Assembly (NCBI GenBank): GCA_963786425.1
Contig: CAWAZB010000001.1
Location: 672,254-736,253, forward strand
Length of the DNA: 64,000 nucleotides
From: an uncultured Alphaproteobacteria bacterium
GTDB taxonomy: Bacteria > Pseudomonadota > Alphaproteobacteria > Rhizobiales > Methyloligellaceae
Direction of reading: 5' to 3'
A program made the translations under genes and the position numbers. Below the pieces are notes generated by a model that made no database searches, was not told where the DNA came from, and saw nothing but the letters and a program-made list of their open reading frames with translations. Each line of letters opens with the position of its first letter. The first letter of the stretch is position 1. Positions 21,463-31,041 of this stretch are shown here, one piece after another.

Positions 21463-21605
21463 CCCTCTCCCCTCGTGGAGAGGGTAGCCGGACGCATTTC
21501 GCGACCGAGCCGGGTGAGGGGCTTCCCTGCATACGCGACGCTGCGCGTCGCTAACCCCTCACCGCTCGGGCATGCGCCCTCGCGTGCTCTCCCACAAGGG
21601 GAGAG
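21463..21605. repeat. Rhizobiales-type intergenic palindromic repeat (CCCTCTCCC...GGGTGAGGGG / CCCCTCACC...GGGGAGAG)
   Basis: Nested inverted repeats between convergent genes. Confidence 0.7.
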
Positions 21606-21628
21606 CGGACATTCGTGCATATCCGCAT

Positions 21629-21691
21629 CCGTCATGGTGAGGTGCCCGGCCGTCCTTCGAGGCTCGCTTCGCTCGCACCTCAGGATGACGG
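21629..21691. repeat. REP-like palindrome (GTCAT..TGAGG...CCTCAGGATGAC type)
   Basis: CCGTCATGGTGAGGTGC versus GCACCTCAGGATGACGG, 15/17 complementary. Confidence 0.7.
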
Positions 21692-21751
21692 CCGGGCCTC
21701 GAACCATCGGATGCGCGGTGCATGCGACCCACGGCCGCCATGCGAGAGGGA

Positions 21752-22084
21752 TCAGCCTCCGGCCTTTGGGCCCTTGCTCGGACCTTCGAGCATGATCTGG
21801 CCCTGACGGGTGACGATCGCTTTGGCCTTTTCGGCCAGCATCGCCAGCATCCAGGGGAGCTGCATTTCGAGGCGCACGCTTGTCTCCCCGACATCGACAA
21901 TGCCCGAGGCGGTCTGGCCGAGAATTTGGGCACGAAAATCGAGACGGTCTCCCGTCCAATTATCCTCGACGACCGCAAGCTGAGCGATGCCGGAATGCAG
22001 CTTCTCGAAGCCTGTCTTCAGACGGCGCACGGCCTCTTCCTTGCCGAGCTTGTGCGGGATGGTGACGATGACGGGTTGTGTCAC
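21752..22084 (-). CDS. Polyhydroxyalkanoic-acid-system family protein
   Basis: VTIPHKLGKEEAVRRLKTG, NWTGDRLDF, VRLEMQLPWML; GTG start with AGGAG RBS. Confidence 0.8.
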   Translation of the reverse strand: MTQPVIVTIPHKLGKEEAVRRLKTGFEKLHSGIAQLAVVEDNWTGDRLDFRAQILGQTASGIVDVGETSVRLEMQLPWMLAMLAEKAKAIVTRQGQIMLEGPSKGPKAGG

Positions 22085-22190
22085 GCTCTTTCTCCTGTCT
22101 TTAAGCGCCGAAGCCTGAAAGGCGCGTCCTTGCCCCGTCATATCGGCAGGGCCGGCCGCCCCGGCAAGGGCGCGCCGACCTGGCGAGAGG

Positions 22191-22499
22191 TCAGGCGTCG
22201 GCAGGCTTTGCGTCGCTATGGCCGAGAGTGCGGTCCGGTGCGATCTCGTCACGGACGAGCTGCTTCAGCTCCTTGATGTCGGGGAAGCGGCCCTTCTCCC
22301 GGCGCGACCATAGCAGCTTGCCATCGAGCCGCACCTCGAAGACGCCGCCGGTTGCATCCGGGACGAGCGTCATCGAGCCGAGCTCGTCGGCGAAGGTTGT
22401 CAGGAGCTCCTGCGCCATCCAAGAGGCGCGCAAGAGCCAGCCGCAGAGCCGGCAATAGACGATGCTGATATTGGGCGAGGCTGTGCCGCTCTGTTCCAT
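22191..22499 (-). CDS. SelT/SelW/SelH (Rdx) family protein
   Basis: IVYCRLCGWLLRASWMAQELL..GGVFEV..GRFPDIKELKQLVRD; both Cys are TGC codons. Confidence 0.88.
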   Translation of the reverse strand: MEQSGTASPNISIVYCRLCGWLLRASWMAQELLTTFADELGSMTLVPDATGGVFEVRLDGKLLWSRREKGRFPDIKELKQLVRDEIAPDRTLGHSDAKPADA

Positions 22500-22534
22500 C
22501 GTCACCCTGATCCCGGCCAATGTAGGGAGCGGCG

Positions 22535-24024
22535 CTACTCTTCCGAAGTCTCGGCGGCGGAAGGGCCAGAAGCGCTTCTTCTTCTCGGCCGGCTGCGCAT
22601 CGGCTTCATCCACCCGGTCGTGAACGTCCTCGATCGTCGTACCGGCGGTCGCCTCCTCACCCCCAACGCCGCCCTCTCCTTCAGGAACGAGCGCGGGCGT
22701 CGCGGCGGAGATGGTGGGCTTCCTGGAAGGCAGCGGCGGCAGCGCTTCCGAGACCGGCGCCGGGGCCGGAGCGGCGGGCGCGGTGTTCGCCTCCGCATCT
22801 GTGGGCGCAAGCTGCGAAGGCGCTTGCTGCGCGGCGGCGGGTGCGGCTGGCTGCTGCGCCTTCGGCTTCGGCGCCAATTTCTCGGCGGTGATGCCGAACA
22901 AGCGCCAACGCCCCTGCTGGCCGCGCAAGAATTTGAGATCGAAATAGATGCGCTCGGGCTCGGTCGGGAAAAAGCCGCTGATGCGCAGCACCCCACGCTG
23001 ATTGATCTCGGGCTTGGCGATCAATTTCGGCTGCACTGTCATCGCCGGCGAAAGATCGACGCCGCGGTTGCGCAAATTGGCAAAGACCTGGAAGAGCTTT
23101 CCGGGCGGGTTGGCGTTCTGGAACGGGACCGACGAGACCCCCCGCAGGAACTGGTAATTGCCGGTCATATTGGAGCGGTGCAGCGCGAAGAGGCTTGACC
23201 GGATGAGGAGCAGGAGCACCTGATCCGGCGGCACCGCCGGCGCGCCGGTTTGAGCGGGCTGCAGTCCCGGATCCCCCCATTGCGCGATCAGCTGCGGCAG
23301 CACCGGCTGGATCTGCGGCGCCATTGGTTGCGCCTGGGGCGGCGGCGCAGGAGCCTCAGCCATTTGCTCCGGCGGTGGCGGAGCGGGGGCCGCCGGCCCG
23401 GTTGCTTGCGGCGGTGGAGGGCTCGATTCTAGCGCGGGAGCCGGCTCGACAGCAGGCGCCTCCTGCTCCGGGGGCTGCATGCCAATGCCGATCGTCGCCG
23501 TCTCGGGCACCATCATGGGCTCCGGCTGCTGTGCCGGCTGCGGCTGGGGCTCGGGCTGAGCGGCCACGGCCTGATCTGCATGACCGGACGGCGCGAAGCC
23601 ATAGCGCGGCGTGACCCGTGGCCCGGTGTGCCGCTCTTCGGGCTCTTCGGCGGCTTGCACCGGCTCGCTCGCATCATCCGCAGCGAAGAGGTCCGGGTGC
23701 TTTTCGAGGAGAAGCACGTAAAGGAGCAGCGAGGTCGAAACGAGCGCCACCACCGCCGGGACCAGCATGAGGCCGATGATCCAGCGGTTCGGTCCCCGCT
23801 TGCGGGGCGGCGCCCCTCGCGAAAGGGAGGGCGGCATGGCAGCTAGGGGGCAGCTCCAAGGTGATCGCCGGAGGCTCGGGCTGAGCCTCGGCGGCGGCCA
23901 CGGCGACAGGCGTAGGATAGCGCCCAACCAGCCGCACCGGCGCTGCCTCTTGCATCTGCGCGGCACGCTGCTCGCGGCGGCGTTTCAGCTCGTCGCGAAA
24001 ATTCGCTGGATTTTCATCGCTCAC
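22535..24024 (-). CDS. Membrane-anchored Pro/Ala/Gln-rich protein with a central globular domain (two apparent frameshifts, ~23845 and ~22550)
   Basis: N-terminus in ORF 23674-24039, TM segment WIIGLMLVPAVVALVSTSLLLYVLL, domain LIRSSLFALHRSNMTGNY...GRWRLFGI; likely stop TAG at 22535 in the adjacent frame. Confidence 0.6.
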
Positions 24025-24040
24025 AGGCGTGTTTAACACA

Positions 24041-24073
24041 AAAGCCGACCCGGGGCGACCCCGGGCCGGCTTT
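24041..24073 (-). terminator. Hairpin/terminator after adhesin 1
   Basis: AAAGCCG.CCCGGGG-CGA-CCCCGGG.CGGCTTT inverted repeat just after the stop codon. Confidence 0.7.
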
Positions 24074-24094
24074 GTGGTTTAAGCGTTTAGGCGT

Positions 24095-27000
24095 CTAGCG
24101 ATACGCTGCGGGCGCGTTGCCCCAAGTCCATTGCGCGCCGACCCGGCCGCCCCAGACATCGTCACCCTGGCCTTCCTCGAAGCCGACGCCGAAGCCGCCG
24201 CCGAGAGAGATGCGGTCGCCTGGCTTCAGGACATCGCGGCCGAGTACGCCGGCGAAGGTCCAGCTCAGCGCGCTTGCACCTTCGAAGTTGCCGTAGTTCG
24301 CCCGCATACCGAACCGCTCATTGCCGATCAGGTCCGGATCCTCCATCGACATTGCGAGGGCGATGCCGGATTCGGCTTCGTCGAGGCGCTTGAAGATCTC
24401 GCCGCCATCCGTGGCGAGGTGTCCTCCGGCGTCGGAGGTCACGACCTCCAATGGGCCGGTCTGCCGCGAGCGGCTGAGGCCGGAAGTAATGCCCCGCGCC
24501 GTGTAGGTATGGTCGCCGGTGCCGAGCACGAACTCATTCTCGCGGTCGGAGAAGGCGCCCTCGCCATCGGCATTCGTACCGATCGCCACCGAGCCTGAAG
24601 CCGTGGCTGAGGTGTTGGCACCGACTGCCAAGGCGTTCGGGCTTGTTGCGTAAGAGGAGTAGCCAACGGCCGTATTGTTGGTGCCGATGGCTTGGGCGTA
24701 ACCGCCGACCGCCGTATTGCCGTTGCCGCCGAACGCATCGGAACCATTGCCGAGAGCGTTATTGTTGTATCCCGGTCCGGCGTAGGAATGGGCACCGAAG
24801 GCCGAGGCATGTCTGCCGGAGGCGTAGGACAAATAGCCGTTCGCCGTCGCATGGTATCCGCTCGCCTTGGAGAAGGTGCCGGTCGCGCTGGATCCAGCTC
24901 CGGTCGCCGCTGCATAGGCACCGGAAGCAGTGCCCCGGTACCCAGAAGCCAGCGAATTGTAGCCGCTCGCGGAGGACTGGTAGCCGCTGGCAAGGGCATA
25001 GACGCCGCTTGCCGTGGAACCTTGGCCGCTCGCGACCGCACCGGCAGCAAAGGCCGCCGAATTGGTGCCGGTTGCCTTGGCCTCGTCGCCGATGGCCGTG
25101 CTCTGGGTTCCGCTGGCCGTGGCTTCTTCACCGATGGCGACCGCGCTTTCGCCGCTGGCGAGAGCCTCGTCGCCGATGGCGACGCTGTCCTCACCGGAGG
25201 CCGTGCTGCCGCTGCCGGCCGCGAAGGAACTCATCGCCCGTCGCGAGGTTGCCGGTACCGACTGCGGTAGCGCCGGCGCCCGTGGCTGCGTTGAGATTGC
25301 CAAGCGCCGTTGCACCGATTCCGGTGGCGGCGTTGAGCGTGCCCAACGTGGTTGAGCCGACGCCTGAGGCCAGGGACACGCTACCGACGGAGGTTGCGCC
25401 TGCCGCGGTGGCGAAGGTCAGCGTGCCAAGCGCCGTGCTGCCGAGCCCGGTCGATTGCGCACCAAGACCAAAGGCTGAGCTGCCGAGCCCGGTGGCATCG
25501 GAGGCGGAGCCGACTGCCGTCGAGCCGAGGCCCGAGGCGGTGGTGGTATCACCGATGGCGACGCTGCTCGTGCCGGAGGCGGTGCTGCCTTGACCAATAG
25601 CAGTGGCATCTTCCGCCGAGGCAGTGTTGTTGTTGCCGACGGTGATTCCGTTTTCGTCGGACACGGTATTGCCGTTGCCGAGAACCGCCGCGTTTTCGCC
25701 CTCGACGGAGTTGTCGTTACCGACGACGTTCGAGTTCGCTGCGCTGACCGCCGTGGCCACCGTGTTGCCGCTACCGAGGATGTTGACGTTGTCGCCATCC
25801 CCAATGCCGACGGGCGAGTTCACGATGTTGTTGTTACCGTGGATGGAGGCATTGCCGGCATTCACGACGTTGGCAATGCCGGTGACGGTGGTGCTGCCCG
25901 GATTTGCCGAAACAGCAGCGCTTGAGTCGACGACGTTGTCATTGCCGACGACGAAGGTGTCGTCGCCGACGATCACATTTGGATCGCCGAAGGCGAAGCT
26001 GCCGTCGCCTGTCACAGTATTGTCCGTGCCGAACGCGCCGCTGTTGTTTCCGGTCACGCTATTGTTGGAACCGACAACTGTGGTATCGGCGCCGTCTGCG
26101 GTGTTACCGGCGCCGACTGCAGTCGAGTTGTCACCCTTAGCGGCGTTTTTGGAACCGAAGGCGCTCGAATTGTTGCCCGAAGCAGTATTTTGGGTGCCGA
26201 CCGCCGTCGAATAGTCGCCATAGGCCTTGTTGAAGGATCCGAGCGCCGTCGATTGCTTGCCGTCGGCGATATTGCCGGAGCCGACCGCCGAGGCATTGAT
26301 GTCGGAGGCCTTATTGAAAGCGCCGAGAGCCGTGGCGCCATCCGCAGTCGCCTGCGACGAAAAGCCAAAGGCGGAGCTAAACAGGCTGTTGGCCTTCGAG
26401 AGGGCGCCCACCGCCGTCGATCCGGCTCCCGACGCGCTGCTCTTATAGCCGCCGGCAAAGCTGATCCCGCCGGTTGCCGCCGAGTAAGCGCCGACCGCGG
26501 CATCGCCCTTATTTGTCGCGGAACTCTTATAACCGCCGGCGAAGCTCTGGGCCCCGCTGGCCGAAGAAAGTGCCCCAACCGCAGTCGCGACCTTGTCCGT
26601 CGCACTGCTTCCCGCGCCGAGCGCGGTCGCCCCGCCCTTCGTGGCGTTTGCTCCATAGCCGCCGGCGAAGCTGAAGGCGCCGTCAGCATTGGAGGTGCCG
26701 CCGATCGCGGTGGAGCCCTTGCCGTCAGAGGAAGATGCGATACCGACTGCGGTGCTGTTCACGCCAGCGGTGGCCGTATTGGCCAAGTAGCCGATACTAG
26801 TCGCTCCAGCGACAGCCGCAATCGGACCAGAAAAGGCGCCAACCGACGTCGACTGGGCACCGAGCGAATAAGATGCGGTGCCGATCGCAGTGCTGCCTGC
26901 GCCCTTAGCTTGAGAGTTGTTGCCGAACGCAGACGCATTGATCGCAGTGTTCGCAATCGCCTTGTCACCGACGGCGGTGTTGCCGTATTTGGCCTTGGCG

Positions 27001-28016
27001 CCGGCGCCGATGGCGACCGAGTCATAGGCGACCGCGCCTGTGCCGATGGCGGTGCCGTTCACTCCCTTGGACGCTGCGCCAGTACCGATGGCGATGCCGT
27101 TCGTTGCATCCTTCTGAGTAAAGGCCCCGTCCCCGATGGCAATGCTGCTCGCGCCCTTTGCGCTCGCCCCATACCCGTTGGCGATGCTATTCGCTCCCTT
27201 GGCATATGCGCCGGTCCCGAATGCTTGCGCGTTCTTACCAGTCGCCTTCGAATTGACCCCCTGCGCGATGGCAGAGTAGCCGGACGAGTAAGCGTTGTTG
27301 CCGACGGCGATGCTCCCAGTGTTGGTCGCCTGGGCAGGCGACGCCACACCACCCCCGATGGCGACAGAGAAGTCACCGCTCGCTTTGGTGTTGGCGCCAA
27401 CAGCGGTGGCCGCCGTGCCGCTGGCTGTCGAGAAGCCGCCGAGTGCCGTTGCCCAATCTTCCGACGCCGTAGAGCTGGCGCCACCTGCGAAGGATTTGTT
27501 GCCGGAGGCGTAGGCCTTGGTGCCGACAGCGGTGGCGTTCTTGTCTGTCGCTTTGGCGTAATTGCCGATCGCCGTTGCATCTTTGGCGGTAGCGTAAGTA
27601 TTGCTGCCGAGTGCCGAAGCGCCCGCGCCGGTGGCTGTCGCCTGGTCACCGAAGGCGGAAGCAGCGGTAGCAGCCGTGCCGCCGCCGACGGCTTTGGCGC
27701 CGAAGCCCACAGCACTCGCGTAATCTTTTGCATAGGCGTACGGGCCGCAGGCGAAAGAGTTCCCACTCGCATATTGCGTTAAAGTCGCGCCGACTGGCTG
27801 GAGCAGCCCGCAGATCTCTGCATTTGCCGGTTGCGGGGCGGCGGTCATGCCAACAGTTAAGGCGACCGCGCCAGCGCCGATGGCGGTCGCTGCCGCCCCG
27901 AGCGCCCTCTTTTTCTGCTTCGGAGGTCGCGCCGCGAAGGCGCTCCCAAGCCCGGCCGCGATGGCAACCGTGCTATAGCTCGTCGAATTGAGCAGTCCCT
28001 GACGCGTCTTCCGCAT
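24095..28016 (-). CDS. Trimeric autotransporter adhesin 1 (YadA-like head repeats plus anchor), one apparent frameshift at ~25230
   Basis: Many 14-residue xAIG/AVG head repeats, GxxN repeats, neck EFVLGT..YT, anchor GIALAMSM...GGRVGAQWTW; frames 25191-28016 and 24095-25315 join at ...ATGD/SSFAAG. Confidence 0.9.
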
Positions 28017-28393
28017 GGCAATCCCCCTAACGCCCCCAATGGCATTATCCTGAACATGGATTACGCCTCGGCCAAAGTGGACGCAAGGCGAGAATATGGC
28101 CCGTTAGGCGATTGTTCATCACTGTTGCGCGGGGGACACGCAAGGCTTGCATCAGAGGCACCGGGATACCGGCCGGAAGCCTTGATTTTGCTGGAGTTCG
28201 CTTCCTCCGTGCACGGCCTTGCGATGCCTCGGCAACGGGTTCCGAAGGCCTCATTGAGGTGACAAAAATGTGTCTCGAATTGGGACGTGAGGGCCTGGGG
28301 AGCAAGACTGCCTAACCCTATCTCGAGGGGCTTTTGAGGATCGCGCGACTCGGTTTGGACCGGTCAAGCCGGGCAATGCCGACGAGGGGCCGC

Positions 28394-29917
28394 CTAAAGC
28401 ATGCCGAGGCGGCGCCAGATGGGAACATGCTTCTCCAGAATTGGGCGCATGCGCTCGGTCAGCGTCGCGAGCGCCGCGTCATCGTCGTGCACCGCCTCCC
28501 CGTCCTTCACCACCACGCGGCCGAGTGCCTTGACCCTCGACAGGGCGTCGGCGGAGATCTTCTCGAGCTCCGTCGTGCCCTCCATCACGCAGGCGACGGC
28601 AAGCAAGCCGAGCTCGCCGACGCCGAGGCCTGTTCGCGCCAAGGGCGAGGCAAGCGTGTTGTACATGCGGCCGGCGCGCGCCTGCTCCACGACCATGCGG
28701 TTGAAGCGCTTGGCCGGCTCGGTGTCCGGCTCCGGCGGCAACAGCGCCACCGCCTGGCCGGAGTGGACGAGAAGACCAAGACATTCGAGCAAAATGCTGA
28801 GCTTTCCGTCAAAGGCATCGAGCACCGCCAGTTCGTCGAAGGGGACGATGCGGTCCGCCAGCGCGTCGGCGATGGGGGCATAGAGGTCTTCCCGGCCTTG
28901 CAGCTGCTGTAAGGGGCCGGCAAAGGTGAAAACGACGTTTTCGCGCGGCACGGCGAGCGTAAATTTCAATTGCGAAAGCAGACGCCGATGCTCGGCGCTG
29001 GTGAGCGCCGGCGTTCCGCGCGCGAAATAATCGCGCCGGAAGCGACGATTGCCGCACATGTCGCGAACGGCTTCGCGCAGGCGGAAATTCTGCATCTCGG
29101 CAATAAGCGGACGAAGATCGGCCGGGATCGTATAGACGTCGAGATTCTCGGGAAGCGCCGCGGAGGCAACGAAGGAGAGTTTCGCCGCGCCGAGCCGGTC
29201 GACCATCTCGGAGAATTGGAACAGCTGCCAATGCTCGTCGAGATATTCATGGGCCATGTAGACCCGGTCCATCTTCGCCATCGCCTCGACATGCTGTGCC
29301 GCGGCGGGATTGCCGAGGAAGAAGGCCGCCTTCCCCTCCTTCAGCTTGGTGACGAGGTTGAGGGCGAGGTCGATCTGGCGCGAGGAGTGGCCGGGATTTT
29401 GGCGCTTTACCTCCACCATGAACTGGCGGATCGGCGCGAGCGGGGCCCAGCCCGGCATGCAATTATAGGAGATATAGACGAAGCCGTTCGGCTTCAGCCG
29501 CTGGCGGAGGATTTGCACGATCGCATCCTGCGATTCCGGAGAGATCCAGGCGAAGATGCCGTGCAGCGCGATGACGTCGAAATCGTTGTCGCCGCCTTTC
29601 GCCGCGAGCTCCTCGAAGCTCATCTCCGCCACCTTGATGTTCTCAAGGCCGGCATCGGCAATCAGACGCCGCGCATTGGCGACATGCTCGGGGTTGAAAT
29701 CGATGCCTTCGAATTGAGTGTCGCGATTTGCGGCGGCGAGCAGAGCGAGACCGAAGCCCTGGCCGAAGCCAAGCTCAAGATAGCGGGCGGGCTTGAAGGC
29801 TTCACCCGGGGAGCGGCCGAGCATCAGGGCGATAAAGGCCATGTGGCTCGCCGCCGTCTCCCGGTAAAAGCCGGCGGTATAGGCAATGTCGGCGACGTAG
29901 CCGCCCGTCCAGTTCAT
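28394..29917 (-). CDS. SAM-dependent methyltransferase with methyltransferase-regulatory domain (rickettsial PKMT-like)
   Basis: YLELGFGQG, FDVIALHGIFAW, NGFVYISYNCMPGW, YMAHEYL, NRRFRRD motifs. Confidence 0.85.
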   Translation of the reverse strand: MNWTGGYVADIAYTAGFYRETAASHMAFIALMLGRSPGEAFKPARYLELGFGQGFGLALLAAANRDTQFEGIDFNPEHVANARRLIADAGLENIKVAEMSFEELAAKGGDNDFDVIALHGIFAWISPESQDAIVQILRQRLKPNGFVYISYNCMPGWAPLAPIRQFMVEVKRQNPGHSSRQIDLALNLVTKLKEGKAAFFLGNPAAAQHVEAMAKMDRVYMAHEYLDEHWQLFQFSEMVDRLGAAKLSFVASAALPENLDVYTIPADLRPLIAEMQNFRLREAVRDMCGNRRFRRDYFARGTPALTSAEHRRLLSQLKFTLAVPRENVVFTFAGPLQQLQGREDLYAPIADALADRIVPFDELAVLDAFDGKLSILLECLGLLVHSGQAVALLPPEPDTEPAKRFNRMVVEQARAGRMYNTLASPLARTGLGVGELGLLAVACVMEGTTELEKISADALSRVKALGRVVVKDGEAVHDDDAALATLTERMRPILEKHVPIWRRLGML

Positions 29918-29940
29918 TCCCCCCTCCCCTGAAACGCTCT

Positions 29941-30041
29941 GTCATTCCGGCGAATCCCGGAATCCAGTCATCGCAACCAATTCGACCCGGCCGTAACCGC
30001 GCCGCTTCGTATTACTGGACCCCGGCTTTCGCCGGGGTGAC
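29941..30041. repeat. Alphaproteobacterial REP-like palindrome (GTCATTCCGGCGAA...TTCGCCGGGGTGAC)
   Basis: Terminal inverted repeat with internal ATCCAGT/ACTGGAC pairing, between ialB and the methyltransferase. Confidence 0.75.
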
Positions 30042-30047
30042 TACTGA

Positions 30048-30851
30048 CTATTGCGCCGGAGCGGCCGGCGGCGCGGCTTGCGGAGCCGGCTGCTGCGCCC
30101 GGCGCTGGTCGGCTTCCTGCACGGCCTGGTTGATCTGCTGCTGGCGGCGCCGCTGAATGGCGGCGATGACCTGCTGACGCGACGCCTGATATTGCTGAAT
30201 ATTGGTCGATGCGCCGGCGAGCGTCGTCGCAAAACCGCCAAGCGGGAGCGAGAACTTGACCGGCCGCTTATTGGCGCCGACCGCCTCGATGGCGATTTCC
30301 TTGCCCGACTTCATCTGGTCGAGCGTGCCGGCGGGCAGTTTCACTTCCGCCGTGCAGCCGATCTGCAGGCAACTCATGTAGTCGAGCTTAATCGGCTTGC
30401 CGTTGTCGATCTTGGCGACCACCCCGCCCCGCAAATCGAGGCCGAGGGGAACGATCACGGTGAGAAAGTCTCCATCCGTGCCCTCCTGCTGACGCACCGA
30501 TCCGGAGAAGACGAGGCCGCCATCGGTGTTATTCACGCGCTCCTGCAAGGTCACGCAGAGATTGACCTCCTTGGTGGCGGCCTGGTCGGGCGGCGTACCC
30601 GCCGCGGGTGGATTAGCCGCGACGGTGATCTTGTCGCATAATTTCGTCCAGGGCGATTTCGGCTGCTGCGCTTGTTGGGCTTGTTGCGCAGGCTGAGCCG
30701 CTGCGGGTGGCTGCTGTGCCTGCTGCTGCTGGCGGCCGCGCACCTGCTGGGCCTCGGCTATGGCTGACACGGCCAAAAAGCCGGCGGCAAAAATGCCAAG
30801 GAAACGGACTGAATGAAGGACGGAACCAGACTTTATCTGCATGTTGCTCAT
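30048..30851 (-). CDS. Invasion-associated locus B (IalB) family protein
   Basis: Signal peptide, Gln-rich linker, SPWTKLC, VPLGLDLRGG, YMSCLQIGCTAEV, FSLPLGGF. Confidence 0.85.
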   Translation of the reverse strand: MSNMQIKSGSVLHSVRFLGIFAAGFLAVSAIAEAQQVRGRQQQQAQQPPAAAQPAQQAQQAQQPKSPWTKLCDKITVAANPPAAGTPPDQAATKEVNLCVTLQERVNNTDGGLVFSGSVRQQEGTDGDFLTVIVPLGLDLRGGVVAKIDNGKPIKLDYMSCLQIGCTAEVKLPAGTLDQMKSGKEIAIEAVGANKRPVKFSLPLGGFATTLAGASTNIQQYQASRQQVIAAIQRRRQQQINQAVQEADQRRAQQPAPQAAPPAAPAQ

Positions 30852-31041
30852 GACCCGTGAAACGCTAGCGGCAAGAACGCCGACTGAATAACGACCCCGA
30901 TGTTTGGCGAAGCAACACCGAAATGCGCCGAATTCGTGGTGGATTGCAAGCCTCAAATTCGGCCCCGCATGGCGCAGTTGACAAGCTCAATAGGGCACAA
31001 CTAATTGCCCTCCTGGACTAGGGGGAGCGGGGTCGCCGCAA

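Noticed and set aside
22440-22460. Rdx protein as a selenoprotein
   Set aside because: The CRLC motif uses TGC codons; there is no in-frame TGA or SECIS.
22191-23966. 591-aa apparent fusion of the Pro-rich protein with the Rdx domain
   Set aside because: A one-base shift near 22550 gives a natural stop (..ETSEE*), and the Rdx gene has its own ATG at 22499; probably an indel artefact.
25220-25240. Phase variation of adhesin 1 at the frameshift
   Set aside because: No homopolymer or simple repeat at the site, and similar single-base breaks occur in housekeeping genes.
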